Shown here one piece after another: positions 1-12,875 of a DNA stretch of 64,000 nucleotides. Origin of the DNA: Batkoa obscura (lineage: Eukaryota); the NCBI GenBank assembly GCA_030770535.1, contig JASVEC010000028.1, positions 558,001 through 622,000 on the forward strand, written 5' to 3'. How positions within the stretch are numbered: position 1 is the first letter of the stretch; each line of letters begins with the position of its first letter. The notes beneath the pieces are model-generated. The model saw nothing but the letters and a program-made list of their open reading frames with translations, made no database searches and had not been told where the DNA came from. The translations under genes and the position numbers were made by a program.

Positions 1-720
1 ATTAAAGCAAAGCGAACTTGGCATTAACATTACATTTTTAAGTTCTTATTTTTTTAAAAAGAAACTTTGTATAGACATATATTTAAATCAAAAGTAAATA
101 TTTATTATAAAGTTTGTGAAGGGATTATAGACTCTGATTCCTCTTTATAAACCTTCGGATATTTCAAGTTCAACTTATTTATTTATATTTATTTATAAAA
201 TTTCATATAAAGTTAAACCAGATAATTTAGCTTTTAAATATCTAGTGATAATTATAATAATTTTGTATATGTTTATTAAGTATAGGTACAAGAATCATTT
301 GAAAAATTTGTTACTTTGAAATAGATAGCTTGATCCTTAGTTTAAAATATTCAAGGGTTTATTTGTAATTAAAGGCTATATTATATATATTTATTGCCAT
401 ACATTATTCTTTAAAAGGCAATATCTTAAGGAAGCACTACATAACCTTCTCAAGTGATTTTGCGGCTTTATACAATAATAAGTCTTTTATTTTAATAGTT
501 TGATTTCCAAACGTTAGTATCTCTTGTACGTATTATAAACAATGTCATAACTCTTTAAATGTACGATATAATCCCATTTTATAACTGTATCTTAGGGGAT
601 ATTAAAGTCTCATGAAACTCATATAATCTGTTAATTTTTAAATGCTATTAAGGATAAATTAAAGCCATCAATTACTTGAAACTACATTAAGTAAATTATA
701 GCAATTATAAAGTACTATTT

Positions 721-818
721 GAGGGTGTTTTTTTTGGTTTCATCACTTTTTCCATTTTTTAAGCGCTATTTGAGCGGAAAATTTGTTAGTAAAATTCTTA
801 AACAAAAAATACATCCCC
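721..818 (+). mobile_element. ~98-bp MITE family copy 1
   Basis: GAGGGTGTTTTTTTT...AAAAAATACATCCCC imperfect terminal inverted repeats, flanked by ATTT on both sides; 13 further copies in the window. Confidence 0.9.
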
Positions 819-915
819 ATTTGATAAAAAATATCATTAAAAAACTCAATTGCAGTTATTTTATTATTTGTTTATTATTTATTTAAAAATGGTTAATATA
901 TTTTGAATTTCGCTT

Positions 916-1926
916 TTATCGAGAAATTATATCTTTGACTATTCTATTCAGATATTGTTGAGCATGTGTATTGGTAAGTAAAACAAAAAGAGCGGAAACA
1001 ATTCCAGAGCAACATAATAAGGAATTTGAAACAACAGCACTCAATGGAGTAGGACTAATATCGTAGGCTAAGTTAAGAATAGCAAATATAACGTCTGGTA
1101 GTAGACAGATAATATAACTTAATGTAAAGACAATTAGTTTAATTGTAGTAAATGTACGCTGTACTTTATATTGATTATCAGTATCACTAAATCGATTCAA
1201 TATTAATTTTTGATTTTGGGTAGAGTCATCATTTAATTTGGTATGTTCGCCTGGAAATTCATTCAATTTAAATACTGATGATGCAGGAATATTAATTGTT
1301 GTAGTAGGTTTAACTGCTTCACGATAAACATAAGTAACCTTGAAGTAACAAAATACAATAGTTATTAAAGACAACATACTGCGTATTACATAAGTAAAAT
1401 AGAAAAACAAATAATATGGTCGATTATCAAGCCCTGCACCAGCTTCATTGATTACTGTTAAACAAAACATATCTGTGCGAGACCAGCGATAAGTATGGTA
1501 ATGATAATTTCCTAAGGAAATACCAGATGCCAATAAAATAGAGATGGCAGATATAAAGTACCAAATCCAGTCTTTAAATTCCTTTTGATGACATACTTTC
1601 AAATACCTCATTATACTTAGAATGGCTACTAGCTCAATCGATGCTTCAATTAAAGCCATAGACAAGGTTAAATCAATAGGGCACCAAACATCATTTTTCA
1701 ACTCAGAAGGATCATACTTTATAATGATTGTACCAGCTTCAGATAAAATTATACGCAATATATTCCAAAGATAAAATACGATATCAGTGACTGAAATAAT
1801 GAATATCATAGTTAAATCACTGTTGACAAGCTTAAGTCCTAAACTTACAATAATACCTACAATTAAGTTCAATACTAATCCTATCAAAGACAGGACTAGC
1901 ATACTTATTTGGCCATCAGTTAACAT
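916..1926 (-). CDS. 7-transmembrane class A GPCR-like protein, intronless, ~336 aa
   Basis: Seven hydrophobic segments, WC at the start of TM3, SIMRY at the DRY/ERY position, Cys in ECL2, CLLP in TM6. First ATG is at 1926; the ORF-track start is a TTG. Confidence 0.8.
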   Translation of the reverse strand: MLTDGQISMLVLSLIGLVLNLIVGIIVSLGLKLVNSDLTMIFIISVTDIVFYLWNILRIILSEAGTIIIKYDPSELKNDVWCPIDLTLSMALIEASIELVAILSIMRYLKVCHQKEFKDWIWYFISAISILLASGISLGNYHYHTYRWSRTDMFCLTVINEAGAGLDNRPYYLFFYFTYVIRSMLSLITIVFCYFKVTYVYREAVKPTTTINIPASSVFKLNEFPGEHTKLNDDSTQNQKLILNRFSDTDNQYKVQRTFTTIKLIVFTLSYIICLLPDVIFAILNLAYDISPTPLSAVVSNSLLCCSGIVSALFVLLTNTHAQQYLNRIVKDIISR

Positions 1927-4737
1927 TTTAATTATTGGAAATAGACTAAACAATTTTGGAGTGATTTGGCGTTTTTATATTGCTTCAAACTAATGAGTTG
2001 TCAGCTGATCAACCAAGATGTATTTAAAAATCTCAAAGCATATTAAAAGTATATAGTTTTTTTAAGAATATTTCCGCGATTCTTTATTTCCAAAAATGTT
2101 TTATACTTCCTTTAATTTTGTATACTAAACTAGATGGTATGGAATAATACAATTTTTCATGTTAATATATATATTATTATATTTTTTAATATATATTTGA
2201 TAGTGATATTATGTCTAGATTTCGCTTAGCATCGTTTTTTAGAACAAAAATAAATTAAAACCAAGAACAGTAACTTATACTGGCAAAAAATATTAAAATT
2301 CATATGAGAAGAAAAATGCTTTTTATATTACCCATGTTAATAATTATATAACAATTATTCCTTAGATTCAAAGCAAATCTAAAGCTGAACTTCATATGTA
2401 GCCTTAAAACTAATTACTAGAATGTTATGATCAGCTATAAAATATATTAAATAAGTGATACTATTTCTATGCTTTGTAACTATTTCTTTCTTTTATATTT
2501 AATATTGGAATGAAACTTAATTTATACTTTTGAAATCACAAAATAATGTTATTTAAAAGAGGCGCCCTTTTAATTTATTAAAAATTCTGCTATAACCATT
2601 GTTCTTTTAATATATTAATTGGAATCAAAACTAGGTCATTCATCAAATAGCTTTATACTTTTATTATATTTACGAGACTATAGCTAAAGGAATAAAAAAT
2701 AGAAGGCATTTTATAAACAAAGAAATACAATAATAGATAAAAGTAAATTTGTGTTTAAATTTTCTTATATATTACTTCAGTTTACTGTGTAATTTATTAT
2801 TAATATGATTATACTTCTATTGTAAACTTTTGGATATTTATAAGATCCCTTTTTTTGTTAGATAATAATCCTTTAAAAGAATTTTTTTCAAGCCTTCTCT
2901 AATTGGCTATATAGTCTCTTTAAATTTTAAAATTAGAATCTTTGATGATAGCCAATTAGAATCTGTTTACTTTTTTGAAAAGTATATAAACCAAAATCAT
3001 CTTATTGATATTATCTTTAACAATGTCTAGGAGCTCAGAGTCGCAATTATTTTATTTAATAAATTCAATTGCGCTAGAGCATCCTAAGATTAATGTATAA
3101 AGACCATATTTTGTCTTTGTGACTCATTTTCTCCTGTTATATTTGATATCTATATTATTTATACTTGAACCTGACTACTACATTCTTTGTACTATTAATA
3201 AAAATCAATTTTAACGTAATCACCATTTATAATATTACCTTTTTATTATTAACAGTTCACTAATACGATTTCTGTTAATTGTAATGTTTGTTAATAATGT
3301 TTAATCGATTTGTATTAAAACTCATCAAAAATAGATTAAAAGTAATGGGTATTTAATTGTTTTGATAACGCTTTCATCACCAATGCTATTATTATAGTAC
3401 AAGTACTTTAATGGCAGTTTGTTATATAACTGATAGCTGCTTTTACTGCTTCATTAAAGTTGTTTCGCTTTCATTATCTTTTATCATTTTAATGGTATTT
3501 AACATATTTCTATCTCATTTATTGTTATTAAAGTTGTATTTGACTGTTAAGTTTGCCCAATATTACTGTTTTTAATGGTTTTAATGATATTGTACTTTGG
3601 TAGTTGATTTACAAAACTATCTTTAATAAATTTTTCACTTATCTACTAGTTTTCTATTTTAATAATGTATTAAAAAGTAATCGGAAAAAGTGATTAAGGA
3701 GTTAGAAGGATTTTAATTCCTTCTTAGATATTTTAATATAATATCATCTACAATTGATTGTTTCTTTATAATAAGTATGATTTAAGTTAACAAATTCAGA
3801 CTTTAGCGTATTATCACTTAAATTTTGTTCCTTTAACATACTGACCTATTAATATAAATCAAAATAGCTTTTAAAAGTTTTTATAAAACAGCGCAATATT
3901 ACTTAGTTTCAAAAGAGTAATGAAAATGTTTTACATACCTTAGCTTATTATATTTCTAAATACTAGCGCTTTTTTCCTGAAAACCTTAGACCCTAATGGG
4001 CAAGTGTTTTATTTAGTATAAATTATTGGAAAGGAAGAAGCTGCGGAGTCATTTGGCACGAGCGGCTTTACCTCTAGAATTACGATCAAGTCGAGAAGAA
4101 GCTAAGTGGATGGCTACAGCCCATACTATGCGCCAGTCTACAAAGATATTAGGCCCTAATATAAATACTAATATTTAAAAATAATATATTTAGTTTTATG
4201 TTGTTTTCTTTTTGGAAATAAGTTTGCAATTGTGGACCAAATAATATAATTGAAATGCTAAGAACAATAATAATCATTAAGGCTAAAAATGATGCCTTTA
4301 AAACTATAGCCTAAATTTTTCATACTCCTCGCTTCTAATTATCTTCTACATTAACATTATTATAAAAAATCAGTCTCTAAAATAATACAATAACTGATTT
4401 CAAAACAAATCTATTATTAATAATATATTCGATATGTTATTAATCTCAAACCAAGACTTGGAAATAAAATTAAATTAATAATTCAAACTAATAAAATTTA
4501 CACCAATCTTTGTAAGAGTTGACATCATCATTTTTTTCTTAGTAATTAGATATAAAATTGGAGCTTTGTGATAGTTTAATTAGCAAAGAGTAGCTAATAA
4601 AATTATGACATAATAAATTAAGCCAATGAAAGAAGAAAATATAACTCATCTTCAAAAATTAACACTACAAATAAAAAACTATAAAAGAGAGTGAAAAGAG
4701 AAAAAAACTTAAACGTTTTTAAATAAAAATATTAAAC

Positions 4738-5199
4738 ATGGTTAAGGAAGTTAAAACTTTTGATGAATTCAAAACTATAATCGAAGGCGATAAATTAGTA
4801 AGTTTACTTTTTGTCCTTTGTTTGGCTATTTATTTATTACTTAGGTCGTTGTTGATTTCCATGCTCAATGGTGTGGGTAAATTTTCATTTGATTATTCAT
4901 TAACTATTATTTATAATTTAATAAGACCTTGCAAAGTAATTGCTCCACAATTCCAAGCTCTTTCTGAAGACCAAACTGATGTTGAATTTATCAAAATCGA
5001 TGTCGACGCTGTACCAGTAAGTTTCTAATTGCTTCAAAATTAAACTAAATTAAACTTTTTATTTCAGGAAGCCGCTCAATTTGCTGGAGTAACTGCTATG
5101 CCAACCTTTAAGCTCTACAAGAGCGGTGAAAAGGTTAGTGAGGTAGTTGGTGCCAACATTAACTTAGTTAAGAAGAAGATCTCTGATGCTAAAGCTTAA
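4738..5199 (+). CDS. TRX: Thioredoxin (4 exons)
   Basis: Spliced product [40 protein letters not shown]...DVDAVP-EAAQFAGVTAMPTFKLYK; WCGPC active site split by a GT-AG intron; stop TAA 5197-5199. Confidence 0.95.
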
Positions 5200-5543
5200 T
5201 AGTTCAGATTAAATTATTTGATTTTGCTATTATTTATCATAGTTTTATATTTTTGTACTTATTCATATTACGATTTAAACCTAATTATATTATCATTTAT
5301 TATTTTAATTAATTTTACTATATAACAACAATTTATTAGTTAAATCATGGATATTTTATATTCATGAAGCAGCCCTTAGCGCACTTATCTTCAAAAGTAA
5401 TGATTTTATTTAAAATAGTTGTTAACAAATAATACACTGATTAAAATAGTTTGATAATCTTTGCGTCACAAAACAGTGTAAGGATTAATAAAATCAAGTT
5501 AATGAAATGCTACATGAACCTATTAAAGTCTTATACGTTATAA

Positions 5544-5642
5544 GGGGATGTATTTTTTTGTTTAAGAATTTTATTAATAACTTTTCCACTTAAATAGCGC
5601 TTAAAAAATGGAAAAAATAATGAAACCAAAAAAAACATCCTC
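5544..5642 (-). mobile_element. MITE copy 2
   Basis: Reverse-complement copy GGGGATGT...ACATCCTC; flanks ATAA/ATAT (one mismatch). Confidence 0.85.
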
Positions 5643-6185
5643 ATATTGTAATAATTGACATAAAGACTGTTGACAACAATATATCCTGGATTTAATGGCA
5701 AGGTGCAGTAGTTTAGAAAATTAAAGTATGAAACAACTAACTACAATGTAATATTTTTAATAGTTTAAGGAGGAGCAAAAAATTATATCAGCTCTTGATT
5801 TATGTAATCTCTCTTTCTAAGTAATTGGATTTAATATAGAAGTTTTGAAGCATTTTTAAATAAATAAATAAAAGCTAATAAAGGTAAAATTGCAAAAGTA
5901 TCAAATGAATAAAAAATAAAGAATCCCCGTTTTTAAATAAGCATTGTAAGTATCAAACTATAAAAGAAACCAAGAACTAAAAGATGTTAAACATCTTTAA
6001 ATAAAATATTAAGCATGATCAAAGAAATTGAAGGTTTGGATGAGCTCAGAACTATATGATTGTTCAAAAACTTCTGTAATAACTTAAGAACATTTAACTA
6101 CCCAACATAACTTTGTGAAATTTAACGACATGGTAGCACTATATTAAACTACCAGATCATTAAACTTCATAAATTTTTATCATGT

Positions 6186-6282
6186 CGGGGTGTTTTTTTA
6201 GCTTCATTATTTTTTACATTTTTTAAGTGCTATTTGAGCGGAAAGATTTTAGTAAAATTCTTAAACAAAAAAATACATCCCC
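6186..6282 (+). mobile_element. MITE copy 3
   Basis: CGGGGTGT...ACATCCCC; flanks ATGT/TGGT (decayed TSD). Confidence 0.85.
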
Positions 6283-6466
6283 TGGTGTGCTTTTCTTTAT
6301 TAAATTTTCAAATTCTATTTTAAAGTTCAATTATAAAAGCTTGTATTTTGTTTTTGTTTTAATAAAAAGTAAAGTCAAGTAGCCATATATTATATATTAT
6401 ATATTTATTAAACATTTGATAAAAGTAAAACAATTAAAATAAGTTTTTAAATTTAATTAATCACAT

Positions 6467-6561
6467 AAAGATGTATTTTTATATTCAAAAATTATACTAA
6501 CAATTTTTTCGTTCAAATAGCACTTAAAAGATGAAAAAGTGATAAAGCCAAAAATACCCCC
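6467..6561 (-). mobile_element. MITE copy 4 (degenerate)
   Basis: AAAGATGTATTTTT...TTACTAACAATTTTTTCGTTCAAATAGCACTTAAAA...ATACCCCC; diverged copy. Confidence 0.75.
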
Positions 6562-6668
6562 ATGCGTTTAACTTTCATAATTGACTACAATTAATCATAA
6601 GCTGATAATAATAGGTTAAACAAAGATATTTTAAACATTTTTATAAAATAAAATATCAAGCATTGTAA

Positions 6669-6739
6669 GCGTACATAGTATAGAGGTAGAATACTTCTCT
6701 TCCAAAGAAGTGGCCTGGGTTCGATTCCCAGTGTACGCA
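6669..6739 (+). tRNA. tRNA-Gly(TCC)
   Basis: Acceptor stem GCGTACA/TGTACGC, anticodon arm CTTCT-CT TCC AA-AGAAG, T-loop GGTTCGATTCC. Confidence 0.95.
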
Positions 6740-7078
6740 TCCTTAGCCCTTTATATAAAGGGCTCGACCTTTTTCAGCTTTGATTATGTAAAAGCAGTAA
6801 ATCAATCATAACAATATAAAAATCACATTTTTACTTTTTGAATTGATTAAAACTTTGTTTATAATGTTGACTAAAGGTTTTAGAAATCAGAAAAAATATT
6901 TAAAAATACTAGAAGATAAAGAAATATTTTTTTTGACATAACAGTTTATAAACACTACTTATAATCGTTTAAAAATTTTTACCAAAAAAGGGTTTATCAA
7001 TTTAATAACAAGCTTGTTATTTTTTACAAAATATAAAATTCACATAATAATAATTTTAAACTACTTTTTTAATAATAT

Positions 7079-7177
7079 GGGGAAGTATTTTTTTGTTTAA
7101 GAATTTTACTAAAAATCTTTCCGCTCAAATAGCGCTTAAAAAATGGAAAAAATGATAAAACCAAAAAAAACATTTCC
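7079..7177 (-). mobile_element. MITE copy 5
   Basis: GGGGAAGT...ACATTTCC with ATAT TSD. Confidence 0.9.
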
Positions 7178-8440
7178 ATATCTTTATTTTTTTATATTAT
7201 CTAATAAAAGTTTAAAATTTTAATTAAAATATTAACTTTTGCAGTTTTTATGAGTTATAATATAGATATATATATTTATATTATAAATTTTAATTTTTTT
7301 ATACTTTTGCTTATAAATGAAATATTTAATAATAAATGAATAATTTTAGTTTAAATAAGCTAATAAATTTGGTTTATGAACTTTATTTAAATCAACTATT
7401 AAGCAAGCTATTTTTATATATAAACATTAAGATTATTTTTAATTAATTATTGTGTTCTCATATTTTAAAAATATATTAAATTATTTTTGATGTGACTTGC
7501 CTAAGTTTGTCTTTAACCTTAAGTTTTATGCTTTTAAATTTTTGTTAGGAGTAATATGTAGTAACTTTTAAGATGTCTTTAAAGAATTATAAAAATTTCC
7601 TTAAAACTTTCGGTTTGACCTACACATTGAAAATTATTTAGAAAAATAGAAAATACTCATCAATTATTTTTTATTTCATTTTGAAATTAACATATAAACT
7701 ACAAAAGGATATAATGAAAAAACAAAGGTTTGTTTAAGTTAAAATATTGCTTTAGCTAACCTAAATGGTAGGCGACTTTGCTTTATAATATGTGTTTCCG
7801 TTCCAGCTTTTAGTCAATAGATGACTGTTAAAATTAAAGAGTATTTTAATTTATTATTACACAAATTATTAGTATATAATAGAAAGAGGACATCTTTCTA
7901 AATTTGGCTAATTATAAAGAATATTTGACAATGCTCAAAAATGCAAGAGTTTAAATTAAAAGATTTTATTAATCTTTTGTTTATAATAAATGTTTATAGA
8001 TAAATTTCAACAGATTGTAGTATATTTATTTTTACAATAATTACTTGTTCTTTTATAAAAGTAGTTTTATCAAAAATAAATGTATTGTTGATAGTAAAAA
8101 TAATACTCATCAAATAATTTAAATTAACTAAATAAGGCTAATAAAAAATGTTACTAAATTTTAAACTAAAGGACAGCTTGCTTTTTTTTAAAAATTAATT
8201 CATGGCTAACAAGAAAAAAGATAAAAGCCTAAAAAATATCAGTTAATCTAGAGCATGATGATTAAATACTCAATCTTCTATAGTTTTTTAATTTTGAGTT
8301 AAGCTAACTCGAAAATTAACTGTCATATCAACATTAATAATATTACTGTATTTAAATACCATAGTATATAAAGCGTTATTGTGCCTTCAAATTATTTATA
8401 AAACAATTAAAAACATTATTACTAACCTATTAAATTTATA

Positions 8441-8917
8441 ATGCGTTTCTTTTTATTATATTCTGCTTTCTCTATTGCAGCTTTAAATGCTGTCAGTATT
8501 ACTCCAATTAGAGCTATCCTCGGTGATGAAGATGCCTTGTTGACTCTTTGCGTTGGTAATTTAGCAGCAGCTAAAGTACCAGGTAGTCATAATATTGCTG
8601 ATTTGAAAGTTGATTTAAAAGGTGATAAAAAAGTACATTGTGGACCTAACAATACCCCAGCATCCAAATCATTATTAGATTTGTTATTATTAGGTGAGGA
8701 TTCTTGTTCTCATCTTAAGTTACTTAATACTGTCACTTCTCAGTATGGCGAAGGCATTGGTGGAATTGATATCGTATTAAATACTATTCAACCACATTGT
8801 AAAAATCATACTCCTAAACCAAACGGTGAGACAAAAACTGATCCTATTCCTCCAGTTATCCCAAAACCAGTTGATCCAAAGCCACCTAAGGACGATGGTA
8901 GAAGAAACTATGACTAA
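8441..8917 (+). CDS. Small secreted protein, paralog 1 (158 aa, 4 Cys, Pro-rich tail)
   Basis: Signal-peptide-like N-terminus, intronless ORF, TATATAAA about 70 nt upstream; paralogs at 11041 and 14050. Confidence 0.85.
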   Translation: MRFFLLYSAFSIAALNAVSITPIRAILGDEDALLTLCVGNLAAAKVPGSHNIADLKVDLKGDKKVHCGPNNTPASKSLLDLLLLGEDSCSHLKLLNTVTSQYGEGIGGIDIVLNTIQPHCKNHTPKPNGETKTDPIPPVIPKPVDPKPPKDDGRRNYD

Positions 8918-9109
8918 GGTTAACAAATACTAATATCAATAAAAATAGCATATTTCATTACAAATATAGATAAAATTATTAGATTTACTTTGTTTTTTTA
9001 TAACTCAAACATGATGTTTTTACTTTAATCATAGTTATTTTTTATTAAACTAGCTTTTAATTATTAAAATTAAAACTGGACTGTTCTAATAATATCATTT
9101 TTTAAAAAG

Positions 9110-9300
9110 AAGCCAAGGTCAAGCACTGTGTTGCCAATTTGTGTAAAAAAAAGTAGAAGCATTGGCAAAAATTTCAAGGTTAGGAGAAGGTGGACAATGA
9201 AAGATCTTTGGATCTGATAAAAACCAAATCTATTGAAAGTGGCGTGGTGGAGGTACGCCAGTCCATGTATATTTAATAGCAATATTATCCAGGGAGTTTA
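9110..9300 (-). mobile_element. Decayed L1/Tx1-like LINE fragment (post-RT region)
   Basis: Minus-strand frame NSLDNIAIKYTWTGVPPPRHFQ*IWFLSDPKIFHCPPSPNLEIFANA resembles the F-x-W-x-G...PK...PNL...A segment after the LINE RT core; in-frame stop; raised GC. Confidence 0.4.
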
Positions 9301-9981
9301 TTTGGCTATCAAAATAAAGGACGCTTAAATTTCAGCAATTTACCACAATCCTTCACATGTTCAAGGATTTGTAAATGTTCTTTAGTATCTTTATTCTACA
9401 TACTTTAAGCTTCTCTTAACCCCTTGAGTGTTATTAGCTTTTGAAGAAAATGCGGTTACAGTCAACTTCTTGAAGTGAATTTGTTAAAAAAACTCTACAA
9501 AAATATAAATAGACATAGAGTAGATCCTTAGAAGAAATGAGGAAGAATTTTGAATCAGTTGTTAGTTAATGGTACCTATGTTTAACCTTAATATATATTT
9601 ATAAATTAGAAATAGCACCATTTTAAAAATAAACTTCGACTTGTTTTAAAACTGCAAAAATAAACCAGATTTTTTTAGCAAACTCATTGTGTAAACAATA
9701 CTGTAGGTTTGCTTCAACAGATAATATAAACTGCCTTATTAATTTTTCGATTTCAAATGCCCCTTTCATTTGGTTTAGTAGATTCATAATACTACAAATA
9801 ACTTTGAAAAAAATCAAGCTATTTTATTAATATAATAGCAATGCTAAGTGCTTTTTAAAAAGAAACATTGGCTATATGTTTTTTATTTTATTTAATATTT
9901 TGTATTATTAAATCTTTTTTTAAACAATACTTTAAAATAAATAAATAATCTTAAATACAATAGAAGCTTAAATCATTATAT

Positions 9982-10079
9982 CGGGATGTATTTTTTTGTT
10001 TAAGAATTTTACTAAAAATCTTTCCGCTCAAATAGTGCTTAAACAATGGAAAAAGTGATGAAACCAAAAAAATATCCTA
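9982..10079 (-). mobile_element. MITE copy 6
   Basis: CGGGATGT...ATATCCTA with ATAT TSD. Confidence 0.9.
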
Positions 10080-10698
10080 ATATCTTTCCATAAACTTCCT
10101 AATAACTTTACACAAAAATCAGTACATAGTATTTTTTGTAACGGTAAATTTGTTATTTAGTTAAAAACAAAAATCATTTTCTAATAAAAATCATTTACTA
10201 TTGCAATCTGTGCCCTTACCGCACTAAACTTGCCCCTAACTGTAAAGAAATATATGAAAAGATCAATATAATCTAATAAGTAAACAGTTTAATATACTAT
10301 ATATAACATTTTAATATAGCCAATGCTCTTCTTAATACTAGAAAGCATTTATAAACCAATATGTTGGCTTACCCTTTATTATACTAAATAAAATACCCAT
10401 ATTTCATTACCTTAGTAATAGTTTTACCACTAAATTTAATAATGTTTTTGAGGTAGGAACTAACTTGATTTTTTAACAAAATATAATGTAGAGTTCATAT
10501 TATTATACCAAAAGCAAAATTTTGACAAAATTTGTGTTAAAATACTGAGTTTTAAAAATAGGCTAATGCATTATGAAAATAATAACCTAAAATTTAACTT
10601 TTTAAAGTAATTTTTTTTTCATTGCTTAACTGAAAATACTGTGGCACTTGACTGTTATAAAATAATGCTATTAATCGAAGTTCTACGAAATGATATTT

Positions 10699-10797
10699 GG
10701 GGATCTTTTTTTTGGTTTCATTATTTTTTGCATTTTTTAAGCGCTATTTGAGCGGAAAGATTGTTAGTAAAATTCTTAAACACAAAAACACATCCCC
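10699..10797 (+). mobile_element. MITE copy 7
   Basis: GGGGATCT...ACATCCCC with ATTT TSD; ~240 bp upstream of secreted paralog 2. Confidence 0.9.
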
Positions 10798-11040
10798 ATT
10801 TAAGGCTTTCAGTTACTACTTAATCTAGAATCAAGCACAAGAGTATTTTTATTAGGAACCATTTATTCTAATAAGGAATTGAAATTTCTATTATAAGCTA
10901 ATACAATGTTTATAACTTTCCTTACTTGCTTTTTAACTTATATCTATTTTTATCAACATGTTGATGTAGATTCATGTAGTATAAATACCTCGCTTTATCA
11001 TGCTATATATGTATTCAATTTCTAGTACATTATAATTAAT

Positions 11041-11619
11041 ATGCGTTCCATTTTATTATACTCTGCTTTCTCTATTGCAGCTTTAAATGCTGTCAGTATT
11101 ACTCCAATTAGAGCTATCCTCGGTGATGAAGATGCCTTGTTGACTCTTTGCGTTGGTAATTTAGCAGCAGCTAAAGTACCAGGTAGCCATGAAATTGCTG
11201 ATTTGAAAGTTGATTTAAGAGAAGATAAAAAACTACACTGCGGGCCTAGCGATACCCCAGCATCCAAGTCCTTATTAGATTTGTTATTATTAGGTAAAGA
11301 CCCTTGCTCTCGTTTCAAAGTACTAAGTGCAAATTCTTCTAAATATGGAAAGGGTATTGGCGCCATCGATATTGTACTTAATACTATTCAACCACATTGT
11401 AAAGATCAAGTTCCTAAACCAAATAGTGTTCCAAAAGCCAATTCTCCACCAGGAGTAGTTACTCCAAAGCCTGTCGATACAAAGCCAGCTCATCCAAGAC
11501 CACATAAAGGTGGTGATAAAAATTATCATAACAATAACGATGGTAATTACGATAATGATGGCGATTATGATAATGACTACGATAATGGTTATAATAGCCA
11601 TCATCATCGTTATTACTAA
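11041..11619 (+). CDS. Small secreted protein, paralog 2 (192 aa; Pro-rich plus N/D/G/Y/H low-complexity tail)
   Basis: Same signal peptide and 4-Cys core as paralogs 1 and 3; TATAAATA about 60 nt upstream. Confidence 0.85.
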   Translation: MRSILLYSAFSIAALNAVSITPIRAILGDEDALLTLCVGNLAAAKVPGSHEIADLKVDLREDKKLHCGPSDTPASKSLLDLLLLGKDPCSRFKVLSANSSKYGKGIGAIDIVLNTIQPHCKDQVPKPNSVPKANSPPGVVTPKPVDTKPAHPRPHKGGDKNYHNNNDGNYDNDGDYDNDYDNGYNSHHHRYY

Positions 11620-11881
11620 TACACATTGTTTACAGCTAGCTTTTATTATCAACTCATTAAACTATGCATCAATCATATATTAGTTAGTGCTTTATTTTTA
11701 TTGGTATGTTTATTATTTTGTTATTTTATTATGACTTGATTAATTTCTACATTTGTTTGCTTGGGCTAAAATAAGCTATTTATACTATTTGTGAACTACT
11801 TTAAAGTTTATTGAAAAAACAGAGTAACAAACTCTAAAACTAAGATATTTATCTCTTATTTTTCTTAGCACTTTACCTGTT

Positions 11882-12215
11882 TTAAATAAACCAAATCTTT
11901 GTCGTTCACTCGATCTTCTTCGCCTCCACTATTTTACTTCTTGTCCCTCGGCTCCCTCTTTTTGAACACATATAGATAAAGCCTTTGAGCTTCATTTGGT
12001 TACCCACTTACCTATTATTAGTTTCCTTACCTTTCTTTCTAATACTTCTCCCTCTTCTAACCCAATCGCACTCTCTATTCAATGGGAAACCTTGTAGAGA
12101 TTCGGAACGAAATGGGTTACATTTTGTCTCTCTCAACTTAAAAAAGACAGGCAAGTTTGGACTTTCTTCCAACGCTTCTATAGGGCCCCTCATCAATGTT
12201 CCTGCTGCTAGCATT
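11882..12215 (+). mobile_element. Decayed LINE ORF2 C-terminal fragment (zf-RVT-like)
   Basis: One frame reads ...PSF*THIDKAFELH...QWETL*RFGTKWVTFCLSQLKKDRQVWTFFQRFYRAPHQCSCC*; this W...W...CxxC pattern is typical just before the LINE zinc knuckle; several in-frame stops. Confidence 0.4.
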
Positions 12216-12875
12216 TATCTTTTTATTTTAGCAATAAAACACCTGGTGCTATGGTATCTCAAGAAAAAAATATTAAACCAAATCTTCCATACAAATGAGT
12301 AATCAAAAAAATCGAAAACCAAAACACTTCTAATTGTTGAAATAAAACGCTTAATGTCATTACATCTTTTAAGTTTTTCCAAAAAATCTTGAAGCTGACG
12401 AACTTATAAGTCCTATAATCTTGAAAATAAAAAACTTTAAATGATAAACTCGATAATAAAGGATTGAAAGCTAAAGGGAAGTGTAACAAGGAAAGGGAAA
12501 CCAAGTTATTGACGGATAACTATTCACTTCCAAGTGTACCAATTCTAAAGCTTTCACAAAACTACAAAGAGTCAATAAATTCTCTTCTTCCATACAAATT
12601 CTATTGCCGGAATGATCTAAGCTCCTTTGCAATAATTTTAAATATCTCTACTATCGAACACAGTATAGACTAAAAATCTTAAATCAACCGCAAGTAGTAA
12701 ACTGGTCCGCTTTATCAAAAGTTTTATATAGTTCTCGTTGCTTTTAATCTCTTATCTACCGTTCACTTTCACTTTCTGCTCTTTTACTTTTTAAAATAAT
12801 CCAAACCTCCTACTGGATTGGTAATCAAAAAATGTGTACCCATTTTAGATTTGAGCAAGCTAGACTTAATTACTT

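Noticed and set aside
4539..4545. Yap1-type TTAGTAA site upstream of thioredoxin (the motif also occurs inside the MITE)
   Set aside because: An AT-rich 7-mer is expected often by chance at this base composition
11022..11652. Antisense ORFs 11022-11366 and 11323-11652, and similar shadows at 1787-1993, 18642-19709, 49313-49498, 50873-51232, 53875-54138, 58310-58495 and 59245-59427
   Set aside because: Opposite-strand shadows of real genes with low-complexity or codon-bias origin; no independent motifs
12259..12504. ORF containing LYGRFGL, resembling the protein-primed DNA polymerase B motif
   Set aside because: The preceding KxxxNS and all other PolB motifs are absent; the region is better explained as retroelement debris
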